Shown here piece after piece: positions 63,599 to 64,000 of a stretch of 64,000 nt of DNA. Both the position numbers and the translations under genes were made by a program. This DNA is from Vitrella brassicaformis CCMP3155 (Eukaryota; Protista; Chromerida): contig CDMY01000235.1 of the NCBI GenBank assembly GCA_001179505.1, positions 1-64,000 of the forward strand, read 5' to 3'. Under the pieces are notes generated by a model, which was not told the origin of the DNA, made no database searches, and saw only the letters and a list, made by a program, of their open reading frames with translations. Numbering within the stretch: position 1 is the first letter of the stretch; each line of letters begins with the position of its first letter.

Positions 63599-64000
63599 GG
63601 GTGCTTTGCTTGCGAGTGATGCAAGGGGAGGGTGAGAGCTGTGATGCCCATACAGAGCTGCAGAGCCCCCAAAGCTTTGGGTTGTTGTTGTGTGTACCTT
63701 TTCATTGTTCATGTCATGTGTCTGTCGCTGCGTGCATTTGTCCAAGTAGAATGTCTGTCTGTGCTCATCACGTCTCTCATCTCACCGCGCTTGTCTGTCT
63801 TTCCCATTCCCCGTATGCCCCTCCCCCTCTCCACCCCGACACCTTGCATAAAAGCTTAAGCGGGACGGCCGCATCCGGACGGACACACGGGCGGCAGAAA
63901 AGCCGATCACATTCATCCATCGCGCAGCTGACGCTCGCTGAGACCTTCACATGCAATTGCTTGCGCTGGCTCATGTCTGACTGACCCTCTCTGCCGTCTG

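Noticed and set aside
1-64000. CRISPR array, tRNA, rRNA, snoRNA or telomeric repeats
   Set aside because: No regularly spaced repeats with unique spacers, no T-loop/cloverleaf, no paired C/D boxes with terminal stems, and no TTTAGGG arrays seen

Overview
Eukaryotic, GC-rich, intron-dense genomic DNA. Short GT-AG introns are packed with CA/CAGA/UG/UCUG microsatellites. This style, the ApiAP2-like domains and a divergent F-box-like family suggest a chromerid alveolate such as Vitrella brassicaformis (inference, not verified). About 16 spliced protein-coding genes can be reconstructed by eye: a partial Pro-rich gene, a mitochondrial carrier, Vps39/TGFBRAP1, a multi-AP2-like protein, a RING plus 2xFHA protein, an RRM-WW-RRM protein, a small membrane protein, a SURNod19/PHM-like protein, a bile acid:Na+ symporter-like protein, three divergent F-box-like proteins (one with two PIP boxes), UDP-glucose 6-dehydrogenase, and a block of probable flagellar genes (DIxGAxP-repeat protein, CEP164-like WW plus IQ protein, a hypothetical protein, CFAP73/CCDC42-like). 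No rRNA, tRNA, CRISPR array or intact transposon was seen. The most striking non-gene signals are three. (1) Many introns have 5' and 3' halves that are reverse-complementary, so they could fold to juxtapose the splice sites. (2) Most genes sit in tight head-to-head pairs, and four of the six spacers carry an exact AGCTCGC heptamer. (3) There is an 8 kb gene-free microsatellite tract. All exon boundaries are manual and approximate.
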